A stretch of 34,199 bases of DNA, taken from a virus. Its lineage: Duplodnaviria; Caudoviricetes. The position numbers and the translations under genes were made by a program. The stretch is taken from IMG/VR virus record IMGVR_UViG_3300013118_000245, positions 1 through 34,199 of that record; one strand, given 5' to 3'. Below the pieces are notes generated by a model that worked only from the letters and a program-made list of their open reading frames with translations, ran no database searches and had not been told where the DNA came from. Positions within the stretch are counted from its first letter, which is position 1. The number at the start of each line of letters is the position of its first letter. Of the stretch, positions 25,635 through 33,082 are shown one piece after another.

Positions 25635-25877
25635 TCACTCATGCCCCCCATCATTTATCTGCTTCCACCGCCGCTGTAGGGTAGACGCGCATCCCCACCC
25701 GTAGCGGTTCTGCCACCATCGGACTAGATCTGCCCACGGCACCCCCCTATTCTTTGCGTAGCGCAGGATCATGTCCTGTTTTCTGGTGAAGGTGCGGACT
25801 GTGCCCTTGTTGGTGACCGGCAGGGCGTCTATCTCTGCGTGGATGGCTTCTAAATCCATGTCCTTGTCGGGTTTCAT
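25635..25877 (-). CDS. Small HTH-like protein
   Basis: [11 protein letters not shown]...VPWADL...CASTLQRRW; ATGA-coupled to the upstream remnant. Confidence 0.6.
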   Translation of the reverse strand: MKPDKDMDLEAIHAEIDALPVTNKGTVRTFTRKQDMILRYAKNRGVPWADLVRWWQNRYGWGCASTLQRRWKQINDGGHE

Positions 25878-26043
25878 TTGAACAGCACCCCTTGATTAGC
25901 GACGGCCTCGATCCTGCGACATGCGATATCGAAGTATTTTTCATCTATCTCTACGCCGGTGAACTTGCGATTGAGCTGAAGGGCTGCGACGCCGGTTGTG
26001 CCGCTGCCCATGAACGGGTCGAGGATTGATTTATCTGGTTCAT
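25874..26043 (-). pseudogene. Remnant of a beta-class N4/N6 DNA methyltransferase
   Basis: Frame reads [51 protein letters not shown]; the RBS-bearing ATG at 26043 is out of frame and the catalytic half is absent. Confidence 0.8.
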
Positions 26044-27920
26044 TAGATAACCTCCGGTCTCGGCCTAGGGAGGCTCACGGTGTAGTGCCTTGTGTATAAC
26101 TCTTCGTCGCCCTGTCTGACTATACCGCCACCGAACTGAGGCCTTGTCACCCTGCCGCCGGGGATCTTGTAGACGAACGGGGTTTTTCCCTGCCATCCGG
26201 GGGTAGTAAACACCATCCCGTAGGTGTTGGCCGTAGGAACCTCGACTTTGATGTGCCTGTGCCGGTGGCTGTTGCCGACAATCGAAACACACCCGTTGCG
26301 CCTTATCACAATAGTCCCATTAGGCACAGACACGCACCACGATCTGCCCGAATATTTTACGCGCTTAATCCCATTGGTCCTGTGTTTCTGGCCGACACTG
26401 GCCATTGTCATGCCCGGCACGTAATTGAGACAGTAAACCCGCACGGTTTCCCCGGCTTTATTGGTATAGGCACGCCGGTCATTGTAGGATGATTTGTACC
26501 CATGCTTGACCATTAGCTCCTGGAACTGGTCAATGATTTTTTTGTTGGCATTGTGGAGCCTGTTCGCGCCTCTCGCCCCGTCCCCGTAGTGGAATCCGTC
26601 AAGCAAGTGAGCAAACTGGTCCCCCTCCATTTCCATCATCCAGCAAGCCAGCGATTTATCGTATTCAAGAAACCCGATCAGCTTCATGGCCTTTTCTTTA
26701 GGTATATACCACGAGGAACAGCTCTTTCTTGTATAAGCATACTTGCCTGATCTGCGATCATATCTTTCCGCCCCCGCCCGCACATTATCGGATCTCGTGA
26801 AGTTGTCGATTCCGGCAGCCAGCAGCGCGGCCTCAATATCCTCACCCCTCTCGTCGGCTTGGGCTATCCTTATTGCGTATCTTCGCCCGCCCCCGCCCCG
26901 CACAAAAGATCCGTCGGCCATGATTAGACCCACAAGCCACAATTCATCATCGGTGAGATTGACCCGGTGTCCTTTGTATTTCCCGGAAACAGGGACAAAC
27001 GCCCGCGAGCCATTGTGCGGTTTGTTTTCTGCCCAATCGACTAAATCGGACATTGGCGCAGGCCGCCAGCCGCCCCAGCCCCACCGAGAGGACTTAGACC
27101 CCACGACCATCGTATGATCCGGAGTAACCATAATGTCCATGCCCTTGCCCGTCATATGAACCATCTCTGGCTCCACATCATTTACAACGTAATCTAGCGG
27201 CGTTTGCCATTGCATTTCCTCTGTGAACGCGTTGAACGTCAACACCTCCCCCATGTCGCCTGCGTGTTCGATTCCCCGCCACCCATATTTTGTAAGGATC
27301 TCCGTGTCTTCCGATAGACACCTGATCACAACGTCGGGCGGCTCCTCCCTCCACTTCGACGCCTCGACGAACATTTCCATCAGCTCGGCCATGAGCGCGG
27401 AAGTCTCATATGCAGCCCGGCCTGTAGTCCCGATGTGATGGGCGGCGTGGATAAGCCCCTCCCCAACGCGGAACCAGTATTCGTATTGCGTGAACTGGTT
27501 ATTAGATTCGTGTGCGCCAATCCTGCGGCCTAGTCTTTCCTCGTTCTCTGCTGACGCCCCGACATGTGCCTCTGTACCCCGGACCATGTAGAATCGGCCT
27601 TGGCACTTTTCCACAATCGGGGCCAGGACTTCAGCTGCTATGTTTTCCTGGTCTGCAAAGTTCTGGCTGATTTGCGTCTTTGACCTATGGTGTGCGCCGT
27701 CTGTGGTGTCACCGTTTACCAGGACCGCATACGGCTCGCCCCTTGTGACCTTCGGCACCCAGTCGTCCCAGAACTCGCCCCACCATTTCCACAGGTGTTT
27801 TTGGACAGCGCCGAACGAGTATGTACCGCCTTCGTCCAGCCGGATAGATGGCGGGCAGAGTCCGACCCTACATCCACAATGAAGATCGGAAACGACGACT
27901 AGGTTATTTATATCGCTCAC
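26043..27920 (-). CDS. Calcineurin-like metallophosphoesterase interrupted by an intein
   Basis: [24 protein letters not shown] and R|SHRH motifs; about 275 aa after splicing. Confidence 0.85.
   Translation of the reverse strand: MSDINNLVVVSDLHCGCRVGLCPPSIRLDEGGTYSFGAVQKHLWKWWGEFWDDWVPKVTRGEPYAVLVNGDTTDGAHHRSKTQISQNFADQENIAAEVLAPIVEKCQGRFYMVRGTEAHVGASAENEERLGRRIGAHESNNQFTQYEYWFRVGEGLIHAAHHIGTTGRAAYETSALMAELMEMFVEASKWREEPPDVVIRCLSEDTEILTKYGWRGIEHAGDMGEVLTFNAFTEEMQWQTPLDYVVNDVEPEMVHMTGKGMDIMVTPDHTMVVGSKSSRWGWGGWRPAPMSDLVDWAENKPHNGSRAFVPVSGKYKGHRVNLTDDELWLVGLIMADGSFVRGGGGRRYAIRIAQADERGEDIEAALLAAGIDNFTRSDNVRAGAERYDRRSGKYAYTRKSCSSWYIPKEKAMKLIGFLEYDKSLACWMMEMEGDQFAHLLDGFHYGDGARGANRLHNANKKIIDQFQELMVKHGYKSSYNDRRAYTNKAGETVRVYCLNYVPGMTMASVGQKHRTNGIKRVKYSGRSWCVSVPNGTIVIRRNGCVSIVGNSHRHRHIKVEVPTANTYGMVFTTPGWQGKTPFVYKIPGGRVTRPQFGGGIVRQGDEELYTRHYTVSLPRPRPEVI
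26271..27320 (-). mobile_element. Intein with LAGLIDADG homing endonuclease (350 aa)
   Basis: N-terminus [14 protein letters not shown], block [18 protein letters not shown] and [11 protein letters not shown]-terminus [23 protein letters not shown] followed by Ser+1. Confidence 0.92.
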
Positions 27921-27942
27921 TGTGCCTCCCCTTGGATACTAA

Positions 27943-27971
27943 AGTACCCATTAGCCCGCCTATTGGTTACT
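27943..27971. promoter_or_regulatory. Imperfect inverted repeat upstream of the phosphoesterase (operator or hairpin)
   Basis: AGTACCCATTAG-CCCGC-CTATTGGTTACT. Confidence 0.3.
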
Positions 27972-27974
27972 ATT

Positions 27975-28187
27975 CTATCCATCCCGCTCCGCGAGCATCT
28001 CTGCCATTTGATCCAATATGGTGTCCCTGCTCCAACCCATGCAGACCATTAGGTTGACTAGAGCCTCGGCGACTTCATCCGCAGCATCGCACGGGACTGT
28101 AATGCTTGCCCGGCTCGGGCCCGATGACCCAGTGTGCCGCTCAAGTGGCGTCGGACTTACGTGTGTCGCTGTCAGTAGGATATCCAT
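27975..28187 (-). CDS. Hypothetical protein
   Basis: GGAGG RBS; VAEALVNLMVCMGWSRDTI helix typical of small phage proteins. Confidence 0.6.
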   Translation of the reverse strand: MDILLTATHVSPTPLERHTGSSGPSRASITVPCDAADEVAEALVNLMVCMGWSRDTILDQMAEMLAERDG

Positions 28188-28341
28188 TGTCCATCCTCCA
28201 GTATCGCTTGCAGTCGTCCCCGTCGCGGGGCGAGCTTACAAAGTAGGACTGCCAGTGCTTGTACGGCTCGGCCCTGTACCTGTAGCAGCCGCCGCGCTTG
28301 GGGCAGGTGTCGTCCCTGCACATGCAAATGTCGGGTGTCAT
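28141..28341 (-). CDS. Small Cys-rich phage protein
   Basis: MTPDICMCRDDTCPKRGGCYRY...WQSYF...CKRYW; ATGA-coupled, GGAGG RBS. Confidence 0.7.
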   Translation of the reverse strand: MTPDICMCRDDTCPKRGGCYRYRAEPYKHWQSYFVSSPRDGDDCKRYWRMDNGYPTDSDTRKSDAT

Positions 28342-28562
28342 TTCAACCTCCAATCATTGACCTTGACAACAACAGCGCCCAGCGCACCCACGGCGAAGAT
28401 CGTCACAACAGAGGCAAACATCAGCCACAGCACGCGCAGCGGGACCGGGAATCTATGCGCTTGACCCCATATATTGATTGCCATGTCCCACACAAGCCAT
28501 GCGATACAAGCCAACGCGCACGCACAAAACACAGACACAATGCCACCAACTATTTCTCTCAC
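28338..28562 (-). CDS. Small 2-TM membrane protein
   Basis: Two hydrophobic segments; tightly packed in the operon. Confidence 0.55.
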   Translation of the reverse strand: MREIVGGIVSVFCACALACIAWLVWDMAINIWGQAHRFPVPLRVLWLMFASVVTIFAVGALGAVVVKVNDWRLK

Positions 28563-28563
28563 G

Positions 28564-28917
28564 CTATTGCCTCACCGGGATGCACTGAGTTGTCCAGGTA
28601 GGCGGGCCGTCATCGGCTGTGTAGTCTTCTGACCATTCAGACCACGGCCCCTGCCGGTCTTGCGAATCGACGCCAGCCACCCTAACGGCAACGACCTTCG
28701 CGCTTTGGACTTCTATCGTATGCTCGGCCGAACTGTTGCCAATTCGGAAAGAGTCTACAGCCTCGCCGTCTATCTCCACCTCCATGCGGTAATCTACAGC
28801 CGGGGAGCCGCCATCACAGGGCGTCCACGTGTAAGTGATTGTCTCAGCCGCCGCCGGGTATGACACCGACATGGCTACGAGCAGGATGATTGCAAACAGT
28901 GCTTTGAGTCTCATCAT
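28564..28917 (-). CDS. Secreted fibronectin type III-like protein
   Basis: Signal peptide ending PAAA-E; ITYTWTP, DYRMEV, VRVAGVDSQDRQGPWSEWS. Confidence 0.75.
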   Translation of the reverse strand: MMRLKALFAIILLVAMSVSYPAAAETITYTWTPCDGGSPAVDYRMEVEIDGEAVDSFRIGNSSAEHTIEVQSAKVVAVRVAGVDSQDRQGPWSEWSEDYTADDGPPTWTTQCIPVRQ

Positions 28918-28939
28918 CTACCTCACGTTGATGATCTAG

Positions 28940-29725
28940 TCAAGAGTTGTGCATACTCGAACCCATCAGCATCTCCCATGCGAGCGCCGCCACTCCCGGT
29001 ACCTGACCGTTGCCGCACGCTCGCAGTCTGTCCACCCCATCGGCCATCCCATCATCCATTCTGCAAAGGTAGGATGGCAGGCAATCTTCAGACGCGTCCT
29101 TGCATTGTTCTCCCTCGCTCTCCAGCATTTCCAAAACCCGATTAATCTGTGGCTCAATCGTGCTGTGTCTGCCCATGTTTCTGCTGACCGCAGCGGGCCT
29201 CCAAGAAAGGCTTCCCCCTCGTTGCTCATGATCGTGGGCAACAATCCATATTCGCTGCCTGTTGTGAGGGAGGCCGGTGCTGTTAGCACCCAACACTCCC
29301 CATCGTGCATCAAACCCCATCTCGGCCAAGTCTCCGAGAACTCGGCCAAGCCCCCGAACAGTGAGCATTGGCGAGTTTTCCACGAACACGAATCGCGGTC
29401 CCACCTCGCAAATGATCCTTGCCATTTCACTCCAGAGTCCAGAGCGTTCCCCGTCGATTCCTGCCCCTGTGCTGCTGGCGCTGCTGATGTCTTGGCAGGG
29501 GAACCCGCCGGACACAACATCCACCTTGCCGGCCCACTGCTTGCCTTCGAATGTTCGCACGTCGTCCCAGATCGGGAATCGTTCAAGGCATCCGTCTGCT
29601 TGTCTGGCGAGCAGGACAGCCCTTGCGCGTGGATCAAACTCAACAGCGCAGACGGTGCGCCATCCAAGGAGCTTCCCTCCCAGGATGCCGCCTCCTGCCC
29701 CTGCAAATAGTGCCAGCTCATTCAT
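28940..29725 (-). CDS. DNA cytosine-5 methyltransferase (alpha chain)
   Basis: Motif I LFAGAGG, IV GGFPCQDIS, VI ENSP, VIII HNRQRIWI, X RLRACGNGQVP. Confidence 0.93.
   Translation of the reverse strand: MNELALFAGAGGGILGGKLLGWRTVCAVEFDPRARAVLLARQADGCLERFPIWDDVRTFEGKQWAGKVDVVSGGFPCQDISSASSTGAGIDGERSGLWSEMARIICEVGPRFVFVENSPMLTVRGLGRVLGDLAEMGFDARWGVLGANSTGLPHNRQRIWIVAHDHEQRGGSLSWRPAAVSRNMGRHSTIEPQINRVLEMLESEGEQCKDASEDCLPSYLCRMDDGMADGVDRLRACGNGQVPGVAALAWEMLMGSSMHNS
28966..29721 (-). CDS. Overlapping-frame ORF, probable beta chain of the C5 methyltransferase (motif IX)
   Basis: 251 codons open inside the methyltransferase gene; own GGAGG RBS; ends HPTFAEWMMGWPMGWTD. Confidence 0.6.
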   Translation of the reverse strand: MSWHYLQGQEAASWEGSSLDGAPSALLSLIHAQGLSCSPDKQTDALNDSRSGTTCEHSKASSGPARWMLCPAGSPAKTSAAPAAQGQESTGNALDSGVKWQGSFARWDRDSCSWKTRQCSLFGGLAEFSETWPRWGLMHDGECWVLTAPASLTTGSEYGLLPTIMSNEGEAFLGGPLRSAETWADTARLSHRLIGFWKCWRARENNARTRLKIACHPTFAEWMMGWPMGWTDCERAATVRYREWRRSHGRC

Positions 29726-29749
29726 GCCTCCTTCTCCGTGCTATGGATT

Positions 29750-29803
29750 GCACAACAATCAGATTCAGCGGACGGAGTACCGCCGCTGATCTGGGCGTCG
29801 ATG
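29750..29803 (+). other. Degenerate integron attC-like site
   Basis: GCACAAC...CAGATTCAGCGGACGG-AGTA-CCGCCGCTGATCTG...GTCGATG; stem with two extrahelical bases. Confidence 0.45.
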
Positions 29804-29810
29804 GTGGACA

Positions 29811-29972
29811 TCATCGATACCTCGCCCATGTCCAGCCGCTGCTATTTGGGCGGACTCTAGGGTCTGGATGCGGGTCGCGTATCTTATCGCGAGCTTGGTC
29901 AATCAAATACCCGACAGACTGCAAAGACAATACTTCTATCGTGATCGTTACCGTATGCCTATTCAGCTTCAT
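29811..29972 (-). CDS. 53-aa hypothetical protein (MKLNRHTVTITIEVLSLQSV...)
   Basis: Manually translated; [11 protein letters not shown]; overlaps the end of the upstream gene. Confidence 0.45.
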   Translation of the reverse strand: MKLNRHTVTITIEVLSLQSVGYLIDQARDKIRDPHPDPRVRPNSSGWTWARYR

Positions 29973-30495
29973 TGCCTTCTCCTTTTTCAGCGTCGTCGGC
30001 GGTTGAACGGGGGATGATGATGCAGGTGACGGGGATTATGGGATGACTGTCGTCATATGGAACATATCTCGTAAAAGCCAAGGCGCGGCCATCGTTGTCC
30101 ATGTCGCCGTACGTCCACCCATCCACAACCGCAATCGGCTCATCGTCGCCCAGGGCGGAGCGAATTCCCTTTGCTGTGTTCTTTAGTGAGGCCGATCGTG
30201 CCAACTCGCCATCACCCAAAAGAGCGGCTCCCTCAATTTCGAGAATAGTGGCGGCGATGCGGGAGCGAAGCTTGGCGACCTCGTCACTCAGGCAACGCGC
30301 GTGCGATGCGATCTGTGCGTTCTCATCCATGCGGAAATCCAGTTTACCATCTAGCCCCTCCACCTCCCCCTGTAGGCGCGTGTTCTCAACCTCCAACCCC
30401 CGCTTTTCCATGACCAGCTTGTCGTGTGCGTCGATGCTCTCACCGATGATCTTGGCTTGCTGGCTGATCTCGGCTTTTAGTTCGCGCTCACTCAT
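29959..30495 (-). CDS. Coiled-coil hypothetical protein
   Basis: Start MSERELKAE with AGGGGGA RBS; heptad-rich N-terminal half. Confidence 0.65.
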   Translation of the reverse strand: MSERELKAEISQQAKIIGESIDAHDKLVMEKRGLEVENTRLQGEVEGLDGKLDFRMDENAQIASHARCLSDEVAKLRSRIAATILEIEGAALLGDGELARSASLKNTAKGIRSALGDDEPIAVVDGWTYGDMDNDGRALAFTRYVPYDDSHPIIPVTCIIIPRSTADDAEKGEGNEAE

Positions 30496-31150
30496 GCTTC
30501 CCCCTCTTGTCGGTGTACGCGGATAGGGCGGCGTCACTGGCGCGGCTGTCGGCATCCCATGTCCAGCCAAGGCGTTCGGCCTCGTTGTCAGACTCCACGC
30601 CGCCATCGCTGCCCCAGTTGTGCAGCTTGGTATCTACGAAATCCCAAAGAATACCCATGCGACCTGACTTCTCGTAGTCCGTTCCTGTGTACCCTTTTTT
30701 TAGATGGTCAACCGTCGCCTCAATCGCACCCGGTATCGTCAGGTTGATGTCTGGACTCCCCGGCCAGCCGTAGAACACCTGTCCGTCTGTCATGCGCATC
30801 CGGTAGTCGTTGCTCACACACATCATCTGCCAGTAGTCGGCCATCCAGCCTTCACTGCGGTCCTCGCAGTACCCATGTATAGCCCGCATTGGGTGCCACA
30901 TGATCCCGCGCCAATCCTTGTTGATATCCAGGATGTCAAGCACCACGGACCTGCCAGGATCGTGTAGCGAATACGTAGCACTCACAATGCCGATGTCATG
31001 CTTGGCCCATTCGCCAGCGTCCACCACGAAGTGTGAGCCCAGGTGTATCCCGCCCGACAGCGGAGGCGGCTCAGTGGTTCGCCCTGCACCAAAGATCAAT
31101 AGAGCCGCTACCGTTGCCGTGCCGATGATACCGCCTAATAGCTTTCGCAT
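30488..31150 (-). CDS. Signal-anchored protein, possibly a partial glycoside-hydrolase-like TIM barrel
   Basis: N-terminal hydrophobic segment; GWPGSPDINLTIPG...GILWDF pattern; own promoter and GAGGTG RBS. Confidence 0.5.
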   Translation of the reverse strand: MRKLLGGIIGTATVAALLIFGAGRTTEPPPLSGGIHLGSHFVVDAGEWAKHDIGIVSATYSLHDPGRSVVLDILDINKDWRGIMWHPMRAIHGYCEDRSEGWMADYWQMMCVSNDYRMRMTDGQVFYGWPGSPDINLTIPGAIEATVDHLKKGYTGTDYEKSGRMGILWDFVDTKLHNWGSDGGVESDNEAERLGWTWDADSRASDAALSAYTDKRGKHE

Positions 31151-31166
31151 AAATCACCTCTCGCGC

Positions 31167-31196
31167 ATTCTATCACACATCTAATGTGCATGTCAA
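31167..31196 (-). promoter_or_regulatory. sigma70 promoter with a palindrome in the spacer
   Basis: TTGACA-18 bp-TAGAAT; spacer contains CACAT-N3-ATGTG. Confidence 0.6.
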
Positions 31197-31442
31197 CACC
31201 TTTTCGTCGAAAGCTTGTTTCAAAGTTTTGATCACCCATAGCAGCTGATCGGCGTCCGGCGGCTCTCTATGCACTGTAGCATGGCAGCCATGGCATAGCG
31301 GCATGGCACACCAGTCGGGAGCCTTCATGCCGACACCAGACATATGGCCGATGCCCTTGAGGTGATGCGCGACGACCGTATCGTTGTCCGCGCCGCACCT
31401 AACACAGCATCGCCAGGACACCCACTCAAGATATTTTCGCAT
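31173..31442 (-). CDS. DUF968-like Zn-binding HNH-type protein
   Basis: KYLEWV...CVRCG...AHH...GMKAPD...PLCHGCH. Confidence 0.8.
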   Translation of the reverse strand: MRKYLEWVSWRCCVRCGADNDTVVAHHLKGIGHMSGVGMKAPDWCAMPLCHGCHATVHREPPDADQLLWVIKTLKQAFDEKVLTCTLDV

Positions 31443-32421
31443 CTAGCACCTCCAGCAAGTGAGGCTCAAAGCTGCGTGTTGATCCGTCACCCAGCCTTAC
31501 AATAGCCTTTGGCCTCGCTGAGAACCTAGACCAATCTACCACCTCACCGATATCTGCGGGCAGTCTAGGGTATCGCCGTACAACGATATCGCCTATTTTA
31601 ACACCGCTATCGACAACCTTGCCGCCGATCTTTGACCAGTTGAATGGGCCTTTGGGCAAGTCCCGCGATATCTCACTCCGCAGCCGATCAACACCGGCTG
31701 CAATTATCTGCCTCGCCCTCTCCCTGGTGCGGCCGATAGCGTTAGCGCAGGTCCCTAGGGTCGCGCCGTCAATATACCGCATCCTGATTACGGTGCGCTC
31801 ACGGCTTGTGCAGACCTTATCCACCAGCCCCCACAGCCACGCGGCCTCATTCTCATTGTCTGCTGCATCAAACAACGCGGCGCCATCTGGGTCTGGGATT
31901 AGCTCGCCTATTGTCTTGTTCATCTTCCCGCTGGCGTTCCCGAACTCCTTGTTTAGACTCACAAAATTCCTGTTGTCCCTGGCCCTCTTCGCGGCCTCCA
32001 CATACTCAGGCTTTTTCAACCTGTGCGACTTGCTGCTATCGCTGGTCGCCTCGTGAGCCGTCCACGGCATCGACATTTCAGTCCGTCCTGTATTCAGCCC
32101 TGTATTCATTTTTTGGAATATCCAGTGCCTTGCGTAGGTGCTGAATGTGAATCCTCTTTGCCACTCCCAGCGGTCGGCGGTTTCTATCAAGCCCTCAAGC
32201 CCCCACGAGATCAGATCTTCCTGTATGCGTCGATCTGTGTAATTGGAAAAGCCGCGCTTTTTCATCTCAAACCAAACCAGCCTCATATGTCCAACAACTA
32301 TTTTATTCCTGGCGTCGGGGTCGCCCGCATCCCTGAGCTTGGCAAGGGCTACCGTCTCATCGTGTGACAGCAACTTGATCTTGCTGCATGTGCTTAGAAA
32401 CCTTGAGATGATATCATTCAT
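31426..32421 (-). CDS. Phage sigma-70 family RNA polymerase sigma factor with C-terminal extension
   Basis: Region 1.2 LLSHDETVAL; region 2 EDLISWGLEGL...RGFTFSTYARHWI; region 4 RERTVIRMRY...TRERARQI. Confidence 0.88.
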   Translation of the reverse strand: MNDIISRFLSTCSKIKLLSHDETVALAKLRDAGDPDARNKIVVGHMRLVWFEMKKRGFSNYTDRRIQEDLISWGLEGLIETADRWEWQRGFTFSTYARHWIFQKMNTGLNTGRTEMSMPWTAHEATSDSSKSHRLKKPEYVEAAKRARDNRNFVSLNKEFGNASGKMNKTIGELIPDPDGAALFDAADNENEAAWLWGLVDKVCTSRERTVIRMRYIDGATLGTCANAIGRTRERARQIIAAGVDRLRSEISRDLPKGPFNWSKIGGKVVDSGVKIGDIVVRRYPRLPADIGEVVDWSRFSARPKAIVRLGDGSTRSFEPHLLEVLDAKIS

Positions 32422-32897
32422 ACTTTAACCTCTGTCATCCCAAGGTGAGTTAAGCCTACTGCGAGGGCGGACATTGCGTGTGACGTGACGCCGTACAGGG
32501 GGCCGGGTTGTTTTTTGGTCCCGATCTGCGGGGTCTTGCCGCCGCCGGTCTTTGGATACATGTCGAGGATAGCCCTGCGAATGTTGGCATCCTTGGCTCT
32601 GAGGTTCCCGCACAAGTGCAGTTTAACGTCCTTGCGGTAGATGCTGTATGATGTCAGTGCGCCGAATCGCTCAATGAATCGCCCAATCCACACGCACGTA
32701 TCAAATACATCTGCGCCGACCGGCATCCCGTAACTGGCGATCATTTCAATGACCATTTTATTTGTGCCAAAGTCGTCAGTCGTTGTCACCAAGCTATGGT
32801 TGCCCCACTCCGGCACCGCATCTATCACCACCCCGTCTTCACGTAGGACCACTACGCCACTGGCCTCTGGGCCAGGATCTATACACAGGATGCTCAT
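32418..32897 (-). CDS. RuvC-like Holliday junction resolvase
   Basis: ILCIDPGPEASG, VIEMIASYGM, KDANIRRA, MSALAV. Confidence 0.8.
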   Translation of the reverse strand: MSILCIDPGPEASGVVVLREDGVVIDAVPEWGNHSLVTTTDDFGTNKMVIEMIASYGMPVGADVFDTCVWIGRFIERFGALTSYSIYRKDVKLHLCGNLRAKDANIRRAILDMYPKTGGGKTPQIGTKKQPGPLYGVTSHAMSALAVGLTHLGMTEVKV

Positions 32898-33082
32898 TCC
32901 ACACCACCATTTTCGTCCTCAAGCTCATAGTCAATCGCGAGCCGCCGGACGCCCACCATGAGCGGCGACGGTGTAAGGGGCATTATGATCGCCGTGTCCT
33001 CGCGCCAAATCTCCACAACCTCGTACAGGTCTCCGCCAATATCGCGCCACCTCTGCCTAATCTCTACTTTCTGCCTGTCCAG
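32894..33082 (-). CDS. 62-aa hypothetical protein with probable CTG start
   Basis: Fills the gap exactly with an ATGA overlap to the resolvase; GGAGG upstream; LDRQKVEIRQRWRDIGGDLYEVVEI... Confidence 0.45.
   Translation of the reverse strand: MDRQKVEIRQRWRDIGGDLYEVVEIWREDTAIIMPLTPSPLMVGVRRLAIDYELEDENGGVE

Noticed and set aside
28949-29710. 253-aa plus-strand ORF antisense to the methyltransferase
   Set aside because: Likely by-product of dual-frame constraint on the other strand; no RBS or motifs seen
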